Part shown: piece after piece, positions 1-12,346 of the stretch
Numbering within the stretch: position 1 is the stretch's first letter
How the letters are laid out: every line of letters starts with the position of its first letter
NCBI RefSeq assembly: GCF_021869535.1
Contig: NW_026262690.1
Span: 69,378,001-69,442,000, forward strand
Length of the DNA stretch: 64,000 bases
Source: Mytilus californianus
Taxonomy: Eukaryota
Reading direction: 5' to 3'
Notes under the pieces: model-generated
The model's input: the letters and a program-made list of their open reading frames with translations, nothing else
The model's database searches: none
Told to the model about the DNA's origin: nothing
Made by a program: the position numbers and the translations under genes

Positions 1-424
1 AATACTATGTCCCCCCTAGGGTCGGCCTTTTTTTTAACCCCCACCACCCACAGAAATAAAAATAAATTAAAACAACACTCCCTTTGCATTTTGGTATTTC
101 AAATACAACCACCCACATAAAATTAAAAAAAATTGCCTTCCCTGGGTTGGAACATAGTATTTTTTGGAACAGCCCTCAGGTCTATTCAGGTGGAAAATAA
201 AAAAATTGAAATCCTTGTTTGTATTGGTTAAATGGATTTTCATGTGAATATAAAAAGGACACGAGGGGATTTTACACCAAAGTTCTTTAGGCAAGAAGGC
301 ATTGAGTGTGCTGCACCACAGTAGTTGATAAACTTCAATAACTATATAAAAATTCACATTATTTTTAGTGAATTTATGAAAGTGCTCGTGATAAAATTGT
401 TTCATTTAACCTTGACATCAGTAA

Positions 425-570
425 AAAATAAGAAGATGTGGTATGATTGCCAATGAGACAACACTCCACCAGAGATCAAATGATGTACACATTAGCAACT
501 ATAGGTCACTGTAAGGCCTTCAACAATGAGCAAAACCCATACTGCATAACAAGCTGTAGTTATTTGAACT
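425..570 (+). repeat. Fragment of an abundant unclassified interspersed repeat (aataagaagatgtggtatgattgccaatgagacaact... family)
   Basis: Homologous copies within the window at ~6045-6420 (+), ~10320-10690 (-), ~25050-25145 (-), ~30850-31430 (+), ~46780-47150 (+) and ~48230-48290 (-). Confidence 0.8.
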
Positions 571-671
571 TCGAAATAATTAAAACATTTAAACAGACAA
601 GACATTTTGTAGTGTCGTCAATAGTTTTCTTTGATCATTATGTCAAATTTGATTTATATTCTTATTTTCAG

Positions 672-794
672 ATTTGGAAACTATTCCAACATCAACTGGG
701 AATAGGTTATTGGTATCAGGATGGTGGGGATTATGTAGGAAACCAAACTACCTTGGTGATATCATCATGTCTATAGCTTGGTCATTACCATGTG
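672..794 (+). CDS. LBR: Penultimate coding exon of lamin B receptor / delta(14)-sterol reductase (ERG4/ERG24 family; LBR or TM7SF2 orthologue)
   Basis: Acceptor ttattttcAG (670-671) and donor GTatgt (795). Reads (x)[40 protein letters not shown](G), matching the LBR/TM7SF2 motif [24 protein letters not shown]. Not in the ORF track in this frame. LBR and TM7SF2 cannot be distinguished from these exons alone. Confidence 0.92.
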
Positions 795-1492
795 GTATGT
801 ATTCTGGAATTAGTGTTAAATAGTGTCCATATTAAGTGTTGAAAATTTTCTCATAGGCATATAGAACTATACCAGCACTGCCCATTTAAATCTAAGCTTC
901 TTAAGCATTAGTAATGAAAATTGGGACATTAAGTTAACAGGAAAAGACAACTATAAATATTGGTTCACCTAACTATATACACTATAGCGCTATTCATTCC
1001 AATCTGTATAAGTTCTGAAATTACACAACTTTTTCATCCAGTTGAAGGTATCTCTGGCCCTGTTTACACAATGTAGTATCTCAGAGACAGGTTTAAACCA
1101 TCGTAAACACTTCAAACAAAACATTTTTATGATTTTAATTGGTGTTTGAAGAAAGTTGATCAAAATGTTAGCTTTCTTAACTTTTCCCTCCCTCAGCTCG
1201 TTACTGATGACCATTGATTTGCAACAGGAAGTTGTCTTAAGTGACTTTTTTTTCCAGATTGGACTAAATAACAATAAGCTTTTGAAGCCCATTTTAGCTT
1301 ACTTCTTACAAACTCATTATTCAGGTTATACTACTGGAAGGTAGTTTAAGCATCATAATACTATAGGAATTTGGAGATAAAATTGTTTCCAAATAATAAT
1401 TTTCGCTTGCTTAAGCAAATTTAACTGTCACATCCTTCTAGTATTGCAAACATTATTCATTTTGCTATCAGTGTGCTGTTTGAGGAACATCC

Positions 1493-1620
1493 CAGAGGCA
1501 GATTTATAGGGTTTTCCAGGTCCCCCCTGAAGCATGACTGGAGCGGGCCCCTCTTAGGCAGTCAGTGAGCCACCACCACCATCCCCACCCCCTCTTATGA
1601 AATTTCACGATCTGCCACTG
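1493..1620. mobile_element. 128-bp MITE (ApaI-repeat-like family) in the last LBR intron
   Basis: TIR CAGAGGCAGAT...ATCTGCCACTG; 5-bp TSD CATCC at 1488-1492 and 1621-1625; internal ctgaagcatgactggagcgggccc shared with the copy at 26718-26877. Confidence 0.85.
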
Positions 1621-1733
1621 CATCCTATGGCAGTGCTGACATTTTACTAGTAATTAACCTGACATGCCTTCAGAAAGTTGTTTGATATAAACGTATATTG
1701 ACAACATCCACTCATCATTTATTTCTTTTTCAG

Positions 1734-1894
1734 GGTTTTCCACGCCAGTTGTATGGTTTTATCCAATATACTTCACAATTCTGCTCATTCATCGTCAGAG
1801 AAGAGATGAAGAAGTATGTGCAAAGAAGTATAAAGCAAGCTGGGATCGTTACTGTGAGAGGGTACCATACAGAATATTTCCAAAAATCTACTAG
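1734..1894 (+). CDS. LBR: Last coding exon of LBR/TM7SF2-type sterol reductase
   Basis: Acceptor atttctttttcAG (1732-1733), phase compatible with the previous exon. Reads [53 protein letters not shown] (TAG 1892-1894), the typical family C-terminus HR..RDE..C..KY...[13 protein letters not shown]. Confidence 0.93.
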
Positions 1895-3719
1895 TGCAAA
1901 TCTGACCAATCCAGGGCAACATTCTCTTATATTTTGTTAATAATCATGTCCATTGATATGTTGTATTAAATTTTATTTTTGAAGCTTATTTCCTTTATCA
2001 TTATTTTTAATCTTAGATGTATTGCTAAATTTATTTTTGAAAGTTTTTAATTTTTTTGTAAATTATTTTTAAACTACTTTTATTATATATTTTTTTTTAA
2101 ATTATTTTGTTTTAATGAGCAAACATGGTTAAACAGACTGAAATACAGGTTTTCAAATCTGATAAGATAGAGAGAATACTCAAGTTCTTTATGATCTCAT
2201 CTTTAATGATAGCACTGCCTAGGAAATAGTCTAGCTCTTAACATTATTCTGTTTTGATTTTTGAGAATTTTCATACTATAGTCCAAATTTCCATGCAAGT
2301 ATGTTGTGTATGTTATAAAGGGTAGATTAGAAAAGGAAGGGACTTTATTGTTTTTCTTTCTTTTTTGTTTCCTTTGGTAAATAACATTGTTATTTGGTTT
2401 TGTTTTTAAGTGCACTCACATCTCTATGAGACATAATTTATTATTTGAAGTCAAGAAAGTACCAACCACCAAAACCCTTCAACAGTTTTTAAATCATTTT
2501 TTAAATCATTTATTTGTTTGGATAGTGCCATTGTTTATATATAAAGACAGAATAACATTTTCATATACATATTGCATGTTTCGAATTGACTTCTATATTT
2601 TCTATTTTCTAAATGAAAAGTTTTGCATGGCAAATGAAAAACAAAAAATACTAGCAGTGTAGTTCATTTATTCATATTTTAACATTTACATGAAATTGCT
2701 TTTTTCATTTTAAGAAAATGGCAAGATGTTAATGTAAATATGTACATATTGTAAAACAACTGTTAGACCAGATTCCTAGTTGTCAAATCATGTATATTTT
2801 GATGAGTTTTATATAATTTTATGTATAAGACTTTGTAAATAGTAGTGTAAATAATGTACATAACTTTATAATTGTAAATGTGTGTAGCTGTATTGTAAAA
2901 ATCAAAAGAAGAAATTGTTAAACAAAATAACTGAAATCATTTTGGGTATACAATTCAGAATAGTTACCTCTCTAAAAAAAAAAAAATATATAGCTTTAGA
3001 TTGCCCAAAAAGTCCTCCAAATTAAATTAAAGTTTGCATTAAAATTACTGATAGCTTTATACTTAGTCACAAGATAGGTCTTTCAATTGTTTTCAATATT
3101 CAGAGATATAACTTTTTTCAAATACTGAAAAAGTTAGCATAGTTAGTAATAATTCGTATTGTGAAAAAAAAAAAACAGAATCTATGAACATCTTGAAAGT
3201 GCTTTAATAGGGCCTTTCCATGATGTCATGGGTCCTAACTACCTGTCAATAGTTCTGTTCTTTCTCCAGTTTAAATGTAAGCAAAATATTAATTTCTATA
3301 TAAAAGTTGAAATAGATGTGCAACATTGAATAAGGCTCTAACACACAATGTCTTTTCAATGTTATGGACATTCTGATGATTTACTTGCAACAATTTTCTT
3401 TTTGTGAATGATTCCAATAAAGTAGTTCAGTGCTGTAAAAAAGGTCATTTATTTATGTAGAACTATAGTTAGATACAGATGATCTTTTTCAATAAGTTTA
3501 AATGTTGTTATCCTTATCCATAACATTGTTGTACTTTTTGATAAACCAATTAAAACAAATTATAATACTACTGGATTTGATGATTATTTAGCCGCTGAAT
3601 GTTGTATCCAACACAAAGCCACTTTGGTAGGGATTCCAAGACTCTTTCCAAACATTGCAAAAAATATAAAAACTTTAAGCTATCAACAAAAAATAAGAGT
3701 TTGTCAATTACTTTTAACA

Positions 3720-5290
3720 ATGCAACAGCCAAATGGACAAATAAAATATAATGACACAGGTGTATGGACAAATCAAAAGAAATTAAAAAGTTGTATTGAC
3801 AAATCAAAAGCAATGAGACAGGTGTATGGACAAATCAAAAGAAATTAAAAAGTTGTATTGACAAATCAAAAGCAATGAGACAGGTGTATGGACAAATCAA
3901 AAGAAATGAAATACTTGTTTTGACAAATAAAAAGCAATAAGACAGGTGTATGGACAAATCAAAAGCAACAAGACAGATATATGGACAAATCAAAAGAAAT
4001 GACACAGGTGTATCAGTGTGTAAGGAAAAAGAAATGAAACTGTCATATTGACAAATCAAAAGCAATGAGACAGGTGTATGGACAAATCAAAAGAAATGAC
4101 CAAGGTGTATGGATAAATCAAAAGAAATGAAACAGTTGTTTTGACAAATCAAAAGCATTGAGACAGGTTTATGGACAAATCAAAAGCAATGAGGCAGCTG
4201 TATTGACATCAAAAGCAATGAGACTAGTATTGACAATGCTGAAGCAATGGCAGGTATATGGACAAATAAAAAAAAATGACAGTAGTATAGACAAATCAAA
4301 AGCAAAGAAACAGGTGTATGGACAAATAAAAAAAATGACACGTGTATCAGTGTGTAAGGACAAATCAAAAGAAATGAAACCGTCGTATTGACAAATCAAA
4401 AGCAATGAGACAGCAGAATGGACAAATCAAAAGTAATGACATAGGTGTATTGACTTTTGAAAGCATTGACACAGGTGTATTAACAAATCAAAAGCAATGA
4501 CAGTGGAATGCACAATCCAAAAGAAATGAAACAGTAGAATGGACAAATCAAAAGAGATGTAACAGGTGTATGGACAAATCAAAAGCCATGAAATAGGCAA
4601 CTGCACGAAAGTTATATTGACAAATCAAAAACAACATAAGTGTATAGACAAATTAAAAGCAATGAGATGGGTGACTGTATTTATCAACGAAACAGGTATA
4701 TGGACAAATCGAAAGAAATGAGATGGTTGCATTGACAAAACATAAGCAATGCTCCGGAAATATTGACAAATCAAAAGCAATGACACAGGTCTATGGACAA
4801 ATCAAAAGTAATTGCTCAAGTGTATTGACAAATAAAAACATTGACAAATCTAAAGCAACGACAGGTGAACGGACAAATCAAAGTGATGACACAAGTGTAT
4901 TGACAAATCAAAAGCAATGATAGTAGTATGGACAAATCAAAGACAATTGACACTGGTGTATGGACAAATTAAAAGTAATGACACAGGTGTATTGACAAAT
5001 GAAAGCATTGGCACAGGTTAACAAATCTAAAGCAATGACACGGGTGTATGGACAAGTAATGACACAGATGTATTGACAAATGAAAGCATTGTCACAGGTT
5101 ATTAACAAATCTAAAGCAATGACACGGGTGTATGGACAAATCAGAAGTAATGACACAGGTGCATTGGCAAATGAAAGCATTGGCACAGGTTATTAACAAA
5201 TCTAAAGCAATGACACGGGTGTATGGACAAATCAGAAGTAATGACACAGGTGTATTGACAAATGAAATCATTGGCACAGGTTATTAACAA
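3720..5290. repeat. Degenerate 31-bp minisatellite (~50 units) with higher-order substructure
   Basis: Unit gacaaatcaaaagcaatgagacaggtgtatg. Alternating A/B dimers near 3770-3900 and repeated ~91-bp trimers near 5100-5290. Confidence 0.9.
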
Positions 5291-6044
5291 ATATATCCTA
5301 TTTATGTATGTTTTTTCTTTAATCCCGGAGATGTAAGCATTATCATTTGGTTTTCATCTTCATATCGGGGATACCTGATATTTATTGTGGGGAAAACAGA
5401 TTCTTCCACTAACAAGGTTAGTATGATTAAATTTGCACTGGCCGGGAAATAATCCCAGGCTTGGTCCTCCCATTAACTTTTCACAAGATTGTTGTTATTT
5501 TATCCAACTTTTTATCATTTTGGTATCATAAGCTTATTGTATCATCTACATAATTTCATTTTCAACTTGGTATAACTATACCTTATTCCTGTGTATTGAT
5601 TTTAAGGCTTATTTATTTGGATGAAAAGTCTGCCTTGATTTAGTTACATGAATGCCATCTCTCCTGGTGGTTTGTGCATTTTTTCGGAGTCATACCCCAG
5701 AATAATAATTTCTCTAGATATATATATGCTATTTGTCTTCAAGGGTTTCATTTTATTTTGCCGTTGCTATTCCTACACCATGGTTATGGTCTTAGTTGTG
5801 GATTTAGGGTTGAACTATTAACACAAATCTATATTTTGCTTCCTATGAGGATTCGTCTTGCGGCTAAGGTTTCCAATATATAATTTGGTGTTTCTAAAAC
5901 CAACACGGCGAATCAATTTAGTCCTATATTGGCGTCAGCTGAGCACCTTACCATACAAAAGAGGAGATGTCGCTAATATTGTATTATTTTCTTATCCGAG
6001 GTTTTAAAGAGATCAGATTTATTTTCGAGTAATTATAAATATAA

Positions 6045-6420
6045 AAATAAGGAGATGTTGTATGATTGACAATGATACAACTATCCTCCAGAGATAAAGT
6101 GAAGTAAATGTAAGCAATTATAGGCAAATGTGCGGCCTTCAACAATGAGAAAAACTCATACAATATAGTCGACTATAAAAGGCCCCGACCTGAAAAATTT
6201 GAAACAATTCAAACGAGAAAACTAGGCCTAATTTATAACAAAACAATTTACGAAAAACGCATATGACAGACATGAACCAACGACAATCACTGAACTACAG
6301 GCTTCTGACTTAGGACAGGCTTATAAAGAATGTGGCGTGGTCAACATGTTTGTGACGCTCAACCCTTTGGTTGAAGTTTTGGGTATTAAGAAATTCACAC
6401 GTCACATATCTGATACGGAA
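6045..6420 (+). repeat. Longer copy of the abundant unclassified interspersed repeat
   Basis: Collinear with 30850-31200 (aataaggagatg...ggccttcaacaatgagaaaaa...aaaggccccgac...actacaggct.ctgactt.ggacagg). Confidence 0.85.
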
Positions 6421-6546
6421 AAAATTTAAAACACCACATTTTTTAAAATGTCTCTCGGATCGTGAATAAATTTTAGAAACAATCCCAAATATATAAGCAT
6501 TTGAGAGCATAAAAAGTAACAAGTGTCCTATTTAATGTGACCACAG

Positions 6547-6774
6547 CAGGGGCGTTTCTAGGATATTTGAAAGAGGGGGCGTATAATGAAATCTTTCGCC
6601 GAGCGGAGCGAGACGAAAAATGTTTTGGACTTTTTTTTTACTAAAAAGCATAAAATAATAGCAGTAGACCAATAACCAATACAGTATTAGCAGATAACGA
6701 TAGTTTTCTTTCTTTTTTTTTAAAGGGGGGGGGGGGGGGCGTACGCCCATTACGCCCACCTGGACCCGCCCCTG
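6547..6774. mobile_element. 228-bp MITE with CAGGGGCG...CGCCCCTG termini
   Basis: 8-bp perfect TIR. Flanks CACAG/CAGAG are a 5-bp TSD with one mismatch, or a 3-bp CAG. GC-rich island in AT-rich DNA. Confidence 0.7.
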
Positions 6775-7462
6775 CAGAGTCCCCAATAAATCAAGCTAAT
6801 TCAAAACTCTTTTTCGGAACATGCTCGTCTCCTTATACTAGACCGAATCAAACTTTATTAATGCAATCACATAAATGTTTAATGTAGGGTGTGATCTTTC
6901 CAACAAAGAGCAAAATTGACAGAGACTTTTGTAAACAAATCCACGTGGACAATGGACAGCAAAAGAACTGTTACCTCACAGGTATGTGTTTACTATTATA
7001 AAATGATTTGAGTTATGATAATTTACTGCATTTACCTGAAAATAATTTTACTCGTTCGACAGTAAAGTCTTGTCACAGTGTGACCTAGTAGCTGCGGAAC
7101 CGTAGCTGTTATCGGGTCCTTATGATATTTTTGGACAATAATTTTGCGGACCACAAGATCTACGATGCCGCAGCTAGGTTTCACCAGACCCATATGCCAT
7201 AGCAGCTTTTTGACATCATATAGCAAATATACAAAAATATGGAATACAAAAAATTTGACAATCTATGTTTAACTACATTTATAAATACATAAATTTGAAA
7301 AAAAAATTTACCAGGTATGCGCCGGAAAGTAAACATCAGTATGTTGATGGTTTTCTGAAACTGAAGAAGAAGATATAGCGACATTGCACATTTAAATCCG
7401 AGCCGTCCTATCGCAAGTGTTTATTTTTCTTGCAGCGGTTCACTGGCCGATTCGGACCTTAA

Positions 7463-8044
7463 GGTTCATGTGGACCCTTCGTCTAAAATGGCTGCATTTT
7501 CACCTCAAAATTTACTCTGAGTACAGACAAACCTGTGCATCTGGAAAAGTTTTAAGGCATAGCATGCCCTAGATAAATAAAATTCAAATATATTTTATGT
7601 TTTAGAAAATTAAAAACTTAACCGGATTTTGCAGTGCACTTTTTTTCATTCCACCAGAAGGTGCCAAAATAAACAAAGTTGGGAAAGAGGTTTGAGAACT
7701 TCCCCACAGGTAATAATTGAAGTGAACTGTTTTGATTGACATGGACAATAGATGGACAATAGATACCTGACAATAATTGGTGATTTAAACTGTGTACCTG
7801 AGTGGACCATATCAAGTGAAACTCAACTGTTTGTTAATTTTATCATCTTCTGCAGGGACGAAAAAAAGTGCACTGCTAAATCCAGTTAAGTTTTAAATTT
7901 TCTAAAACATACAATGCATTAGAAGTTTATTTATCTAGGGCATGCTATGTCTTAAAACTTTTCCAGATGCGCAGGTTTGTCTGTACTCAAAGTAAATTTT
8001 GAGGTGAATATGCAGCCATTTTAGCCAAAGGGTCCACATGAACC
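7463..8044. mobile_element. 582-bp non-autonomous Kolobok-type MITE with ~190-bp TIRs
   Basis: TTAA|GGTTCATGTGGACCC...GGGTCCACATGAACC|TTAA (TTAA at 7459-7462 and 8045-8048). Inverted similarity runs ~7463-7650 vs ~7860-8044. RR..YY termini with TTAA fit Kolobok rather than piggyBac. Confidence 0.85.
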
Positions 8045-8594
8045 TTAATCAATATTGTTCAGCCGCGGGTTCAATAAAATTGCTACAGGTGACTCTTCAT
8101 GAGTTCCAGAGTTCAAATTCTGACATTGCTCTGAAAAAATACTTATATGCTTTAATATAACAGAAGGAAACATCTGAATTTCTCTTATTTTTTTCACTGA
8201 GTCCCCGCCTTGAAGAAGAAAAATGAATTCAAGACCTTCCCTTCCAACAAGGATTTGTATTTGTATAGTATACAAATCCCATAAATTACACCCCAAACAC
8301 TTTTCAATATTTTTATTATTTACAACAAAAAATTCATGCATACAATTTCTATTTATATTATTATTATTCAATAAAATAGTGCATCAGTTGTGGAAATAAA
8401 GCTTCAAGTGCAAAAGTGCGTGCAGACAAAGGGACCTGTCTTCATGCACCTATATGTTCAAGTGGAAAAGTTGTTTGTGACTTCAGGGGACTTTATTTAG
8501 ATATGCCGTTATGGTCTCATTGACATTTGCTACACCTTCTTTCAATTTCAGCATATTGTTCCTATCCTTTATATTAACCTTTGCATTCATATTT

Positions 8595-9789
8595 TCAGTG
8601 ATTAGATTCTAGTTTGTGCTTTTTGAAATCAGAATGCTTATTAAATTTCTTTCCACATTCTTTACACTGATAACGAGGTTCTCCAGAGTGCACGTGCATA
8701 TGAAACTTCATTGTTGACAATTGTGTGAACGATTTGTCACACAGACTGCACGTGTACGGTTGTTCTTTTGTATGAATTCTTCGATGACGAGCATAAGATG
8801 CATGGTAAGTAAACATTCTACCGCAAAAATCACATTTATACGGTTTTTCCCCAGTATGTAAGCGAACATGTCGTACGAGGTGATGCTTTTCGGTAAATTC
8901 TTTTGAACAATGTTCACATTTGTATTCTTTATTGACCGGTGGGAAGTGACATTTCATATGGCGAATAAGCTGATGGCTTTGTCCAAAATCTCGACCACAT
9001 ATATCACATTGGATAATCTTTCCCTTGTGTAAGGCCAATTCCCCAGTGTGTACGAGACTGTGTCGCCTCGGATAACTCTTTTGTTTGAAGGAGCGGTCAC
9101 ATATATTACAGTGAAAAGGTCGTTTGTCTGTATGGACTCTCATGTGAGTTTCAAAATCTCTTTTGTCCGGCTCATACTTTCCACATACGTCACATCTGAA
9201 CTCGTTATCCCCTTTTATGTTAGAATTTTGAGTTGTTCTATTGTGAACTGGTTCCCTCGCATGAACAGCCATATGTGTCTTTTTAAATTGCTTTTACTTG
9301 AAAGGGTTTTAAAGCAAATTTCACATTCCGAAGTTTTATCTTTTGTTGTTGTTTTTATTTGAGTACTAATCTCGTAATTTTTTCTTTTTATTTTCTGTTT
9401 TTTTCTGTTTTTGTTTTGTTGTTTCCTCTTCATGTGACAGTCGGTGTTGCATCATTGTGCGCCTGTTTGAAAACTTTCGAAGACAAATGTCACATCCTAC
9501 ACGCATTCTCCGGTACGTTTTCACACCTTTCTTTTGGTCTCATTAAAATCTCTGTGATCATAATCTAGGGATAGTTGATTATCAATGTTGTAGATGTCGG
9601 GCTCTTTCGATGCCTGAACTGTATGTACGATAAATTTTCCATTAATATACTCTTGTTTGACGTGATGAAATAAACTTGCACAATTTTCGTTTCGGTAATT
9701 TTGTCATCTATCGGTATTTCGTTCTCATTTGTTTCATAAAACTCAGGATCTCTTATAATGTAATTTCCATCGTCTTTAATGCGAGCCAT
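8595..9789 (-). pseudogene. ZNF paralogue 1: frameshifted C2H2 zinc-finger pseudogene
   Basis: Collinear with paralogues 2 and 3 from MARIKDDGNY to HKLESNH*, but with indels at ~9692 (-1), ~9528 (-1), ~9376 (-2) and ~9271 (+2), an in-frame 63-bp deletion of finger 3, and L->P in the finger 5 helix (SYPRRH). Residual 225-aa ORF at 8595-9272. Confidence 0.85.
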
Positions 9790-10319
9790 AATTCATGTAT
9801 CACAAAAACATCCTGTGAAATGAAAATAGCACAAAGTTACAATCAAGCTTCAGGAAAACCCGGACAAGTTATAATATGAAAAACATGAAATACTGCAGCT
9901 ATTAAAATTAGAGTGGCATTACAATTAGAGTTACATGCAGTTAGCTTACACATGAGATTTTTTTATTTTATTCATTATTTATTGAAAGAGGATTGCCAAC
10001 AGCCAGAGGCTACGTGCAGCTTTGGTTCACGACAGATTAAAGCTTATCTTCAGAAGAGACACTTTTATTCTGTCACTGCAGCAACAGCAGGCGAGTCACA
10101 TTGTTCTGCGGAACCCTTTTTATTTTTCTCATTAAAAATAGAATATGACAAAATATTAAATATATTGTAAAGCATTAATTTTGTTAGTTGAAATCGGGTA
10201 TGAAATAGCTTTCGGTAACTGCAAGTTATCTTAGATCGGTAGTTTGTATCTTATGTCTTTTTGTTATTTATTATGTACTAAGTACTATTTTTTAGTTTTT
10301 TCTTACATTTCTTTGTTAC

Positions 10320-10690
10320 ACCACTGTCCCAGGTTAAGGGGAGGGTCCGGCGACCAGAAACCTGTTAAATCCCGCCCTTTCTTTATGCTATGGTCCCAAG
10401 CAGGAACAATATAATCCGAGTGCTGTCGTTTATTGCTGTCTTCCATGTTTGTTTTTCCGTTCATTGTTGAAATATAGATAAAGTCATTTGTTTCTTTTTA
10501 GATTTTTCTTCTTCAAGTTTTGACATACCGGAGCCTTATATTTATTGCTTACTATAAGATATGAAATTGCTCATTGTTGAAGTCTGTACTCTGAACTGTA
10601 ATTGGCGTATTGTTTACATCTTTTTCCTTTGGTCTTGATGGGTAGTTGTCTCACTGGGAGTGGCAATCACACCACATGTCCTTATTTTTA
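10320..10690 (-). repeat. Reverse copy of the abundant unclassified interspersed repeat
   Basis: Reverse complement matches the 30850-31200 copy (e.g. ctcattgttgaag, agttgtctca, cacaccacat, cttattttt). Confidence 0.7.
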
Positions 10691-11849
10691 TATAAAATAT
10701 ACTAATAAAAGGTTGGTATCATAGATTATTCCATATACTAGTAAAAACTGAAAACCTCAGATAAAGTTTGGTAGATAACTAGCAATCTAGTACTACAGAT
10801 TTTTATTATTTTTTTTGCATTTATGTCCGTTGTCTCAATTATAATTAATTGGTAAAACATTAATAACCTTCCTTGTTTCTATCGTCATCTCGTCGTTGCC
10901 TCGTTCTATACATTTCCGCAATAACAACATATACTTTGGAAATTGTATTTGCTTGGTGGTACTGGGTTATAGAATGAGGACTTTTGTATTTCTTTGAAAT
11001 TGTTGAAATTGAAATTTTGAGTTCTTCTTCAATATCGCCCTTCATTACTCCAACATTCTTAAATTTTTAAGGAGACACTCCTCGTTTATATGAAATCTCA
11101 ACATCTTTATATAATGTGCATTGCATGAACAGATACAGTCCTATTGATAGTGCCTTACATTATATACCTTGAAGACATACCTTAAGCTAACATTTCTCCC
11201 ACACCATATTATAGCACTAACAAAAGTCTTGATATTTAAACACACAGAAACATTTCAGGCATTTACCAATATACTTATAAAATAAATCTAATTATCCAAC
11301 TGCATTCATTATTCTTTTACTGTATAGTATCTATATATATAAGTAATTACTCAATTAATTGAGTACTAGTACTGATTTGTCAACAATAAGAAGCTTTTGA
11401 GGTATCCTACTCTTTCATTGTTTGTCTATAATTAATTATTCATCTGTACTAGCTGTAGGGGGTTACGCAACTGATGATGTGTATTTGGTGTATACTTTGA
11501 AGCTAATTAAAAGGCTGACATTCAGATATTGCAAGAGTCAAGCAGCGGCATTATGTTTGTCCGAATGAGTCTATATATGGGTTGTATTGTCAATCGTGTT
11601 AAACATAGCTATAAAATAAATGTTTTAATTTTGTAAATGTCGCGTTACTGAATTCAATTTCAATTTATTATTTGATACTTTTAGCAAATAATGCATGGTT
11701 AATAACTGTATTTCATAATTTTGCATTCTGTTCTGATTATAATCGTTTACCTAGCTCCGTTAGATTCGTCTGTCGGTCGTTTTACCAATCTTATTAAAAT
11801 CAGATCTTTCACTTCGAAACAGATCAGATTGGTATAATTTGGAGGAGTT

Positions 11850-12100
11850 TCCGTCCCCGAGGATATCATGAGCCCACCAGTCAGCTGCTCTCTATTGTGA
11901 TGACATGACGTATCATTGATATGGTCATCCTTATAAATTAACTGTTCACAAAAATTTGAATTTTTCGAAATAATAAGGATTTTCTACACCAGGAATAGAT
12001 TACCTTAGCAGTATTTGGCAAAACTTTTCGGAAGTTTATGTCCTCATTACTCTTAAACTTCGTACTTTATTTGGCCTTTTTAATTTTTTGGATTCGACAG
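11850..12100 (+). mobile_element. Internal fragment of a Penelope/retrozyme-like element
   Basis: Its 5' end (gtccccgaggatatcatg) matches 52473-52490, and its 3' part matches 14350-14495 (ggaatagattaccttagc...ttggcaaaac...cgtactttatttggcctttttaa). Confidence 0.7.
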
Positions 12101-12315
12101 TTAAAAAAAGAATAGTGCTTTGAAGCACCGTGGCCAAGATATATGTTTATGACTCAGAATTTTTTTACCGCAATAAAATGTAGGATTAATCTCCTACAAC
12201 TGTTAAATTCTAGGGAATTTTTTGTTCGACCCTTTTTCGTATGCAACTGATTGTGACGTACTATGATTTAGTGGTATTACACCTTATATATCGGAAAGTG
12301 AAGACTATATTGCAG

Positions 12316-12346
12316 CAAGGATTTGTATACACTATACAAATCCTTG
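12316..12346. mobile_element. 31-bp hairpin micro-element with 7-bp TSD
   Basis: CAAGGATTTGTATA-cac-TATACAAATCCTTG (14-bp perfect arms) flanked by ATTGCAG at 12309-12315 and 12347-12353; a degenerate second copy starts at 8248. Confidence 0.8.

Noticed and set aside
67-405. 112-aa minus-strand ORF
   Set aside because: No recognisable homology; it lies antisense within an LBR intron.
3568-5277. Multiple ORFs with QVYGQIK / LLICPY repeats
   Set aside because: Translations of the 31-bp minisatellite, short and frequently stopped.
7032-7226. 64-aa minus-strand ORF, and a plus-strand DLVAAEP resemblance to a transposase motif
   Set aside because: No recognisable domain, the plus frame has several stops, and the resemblance is too short to support a call.
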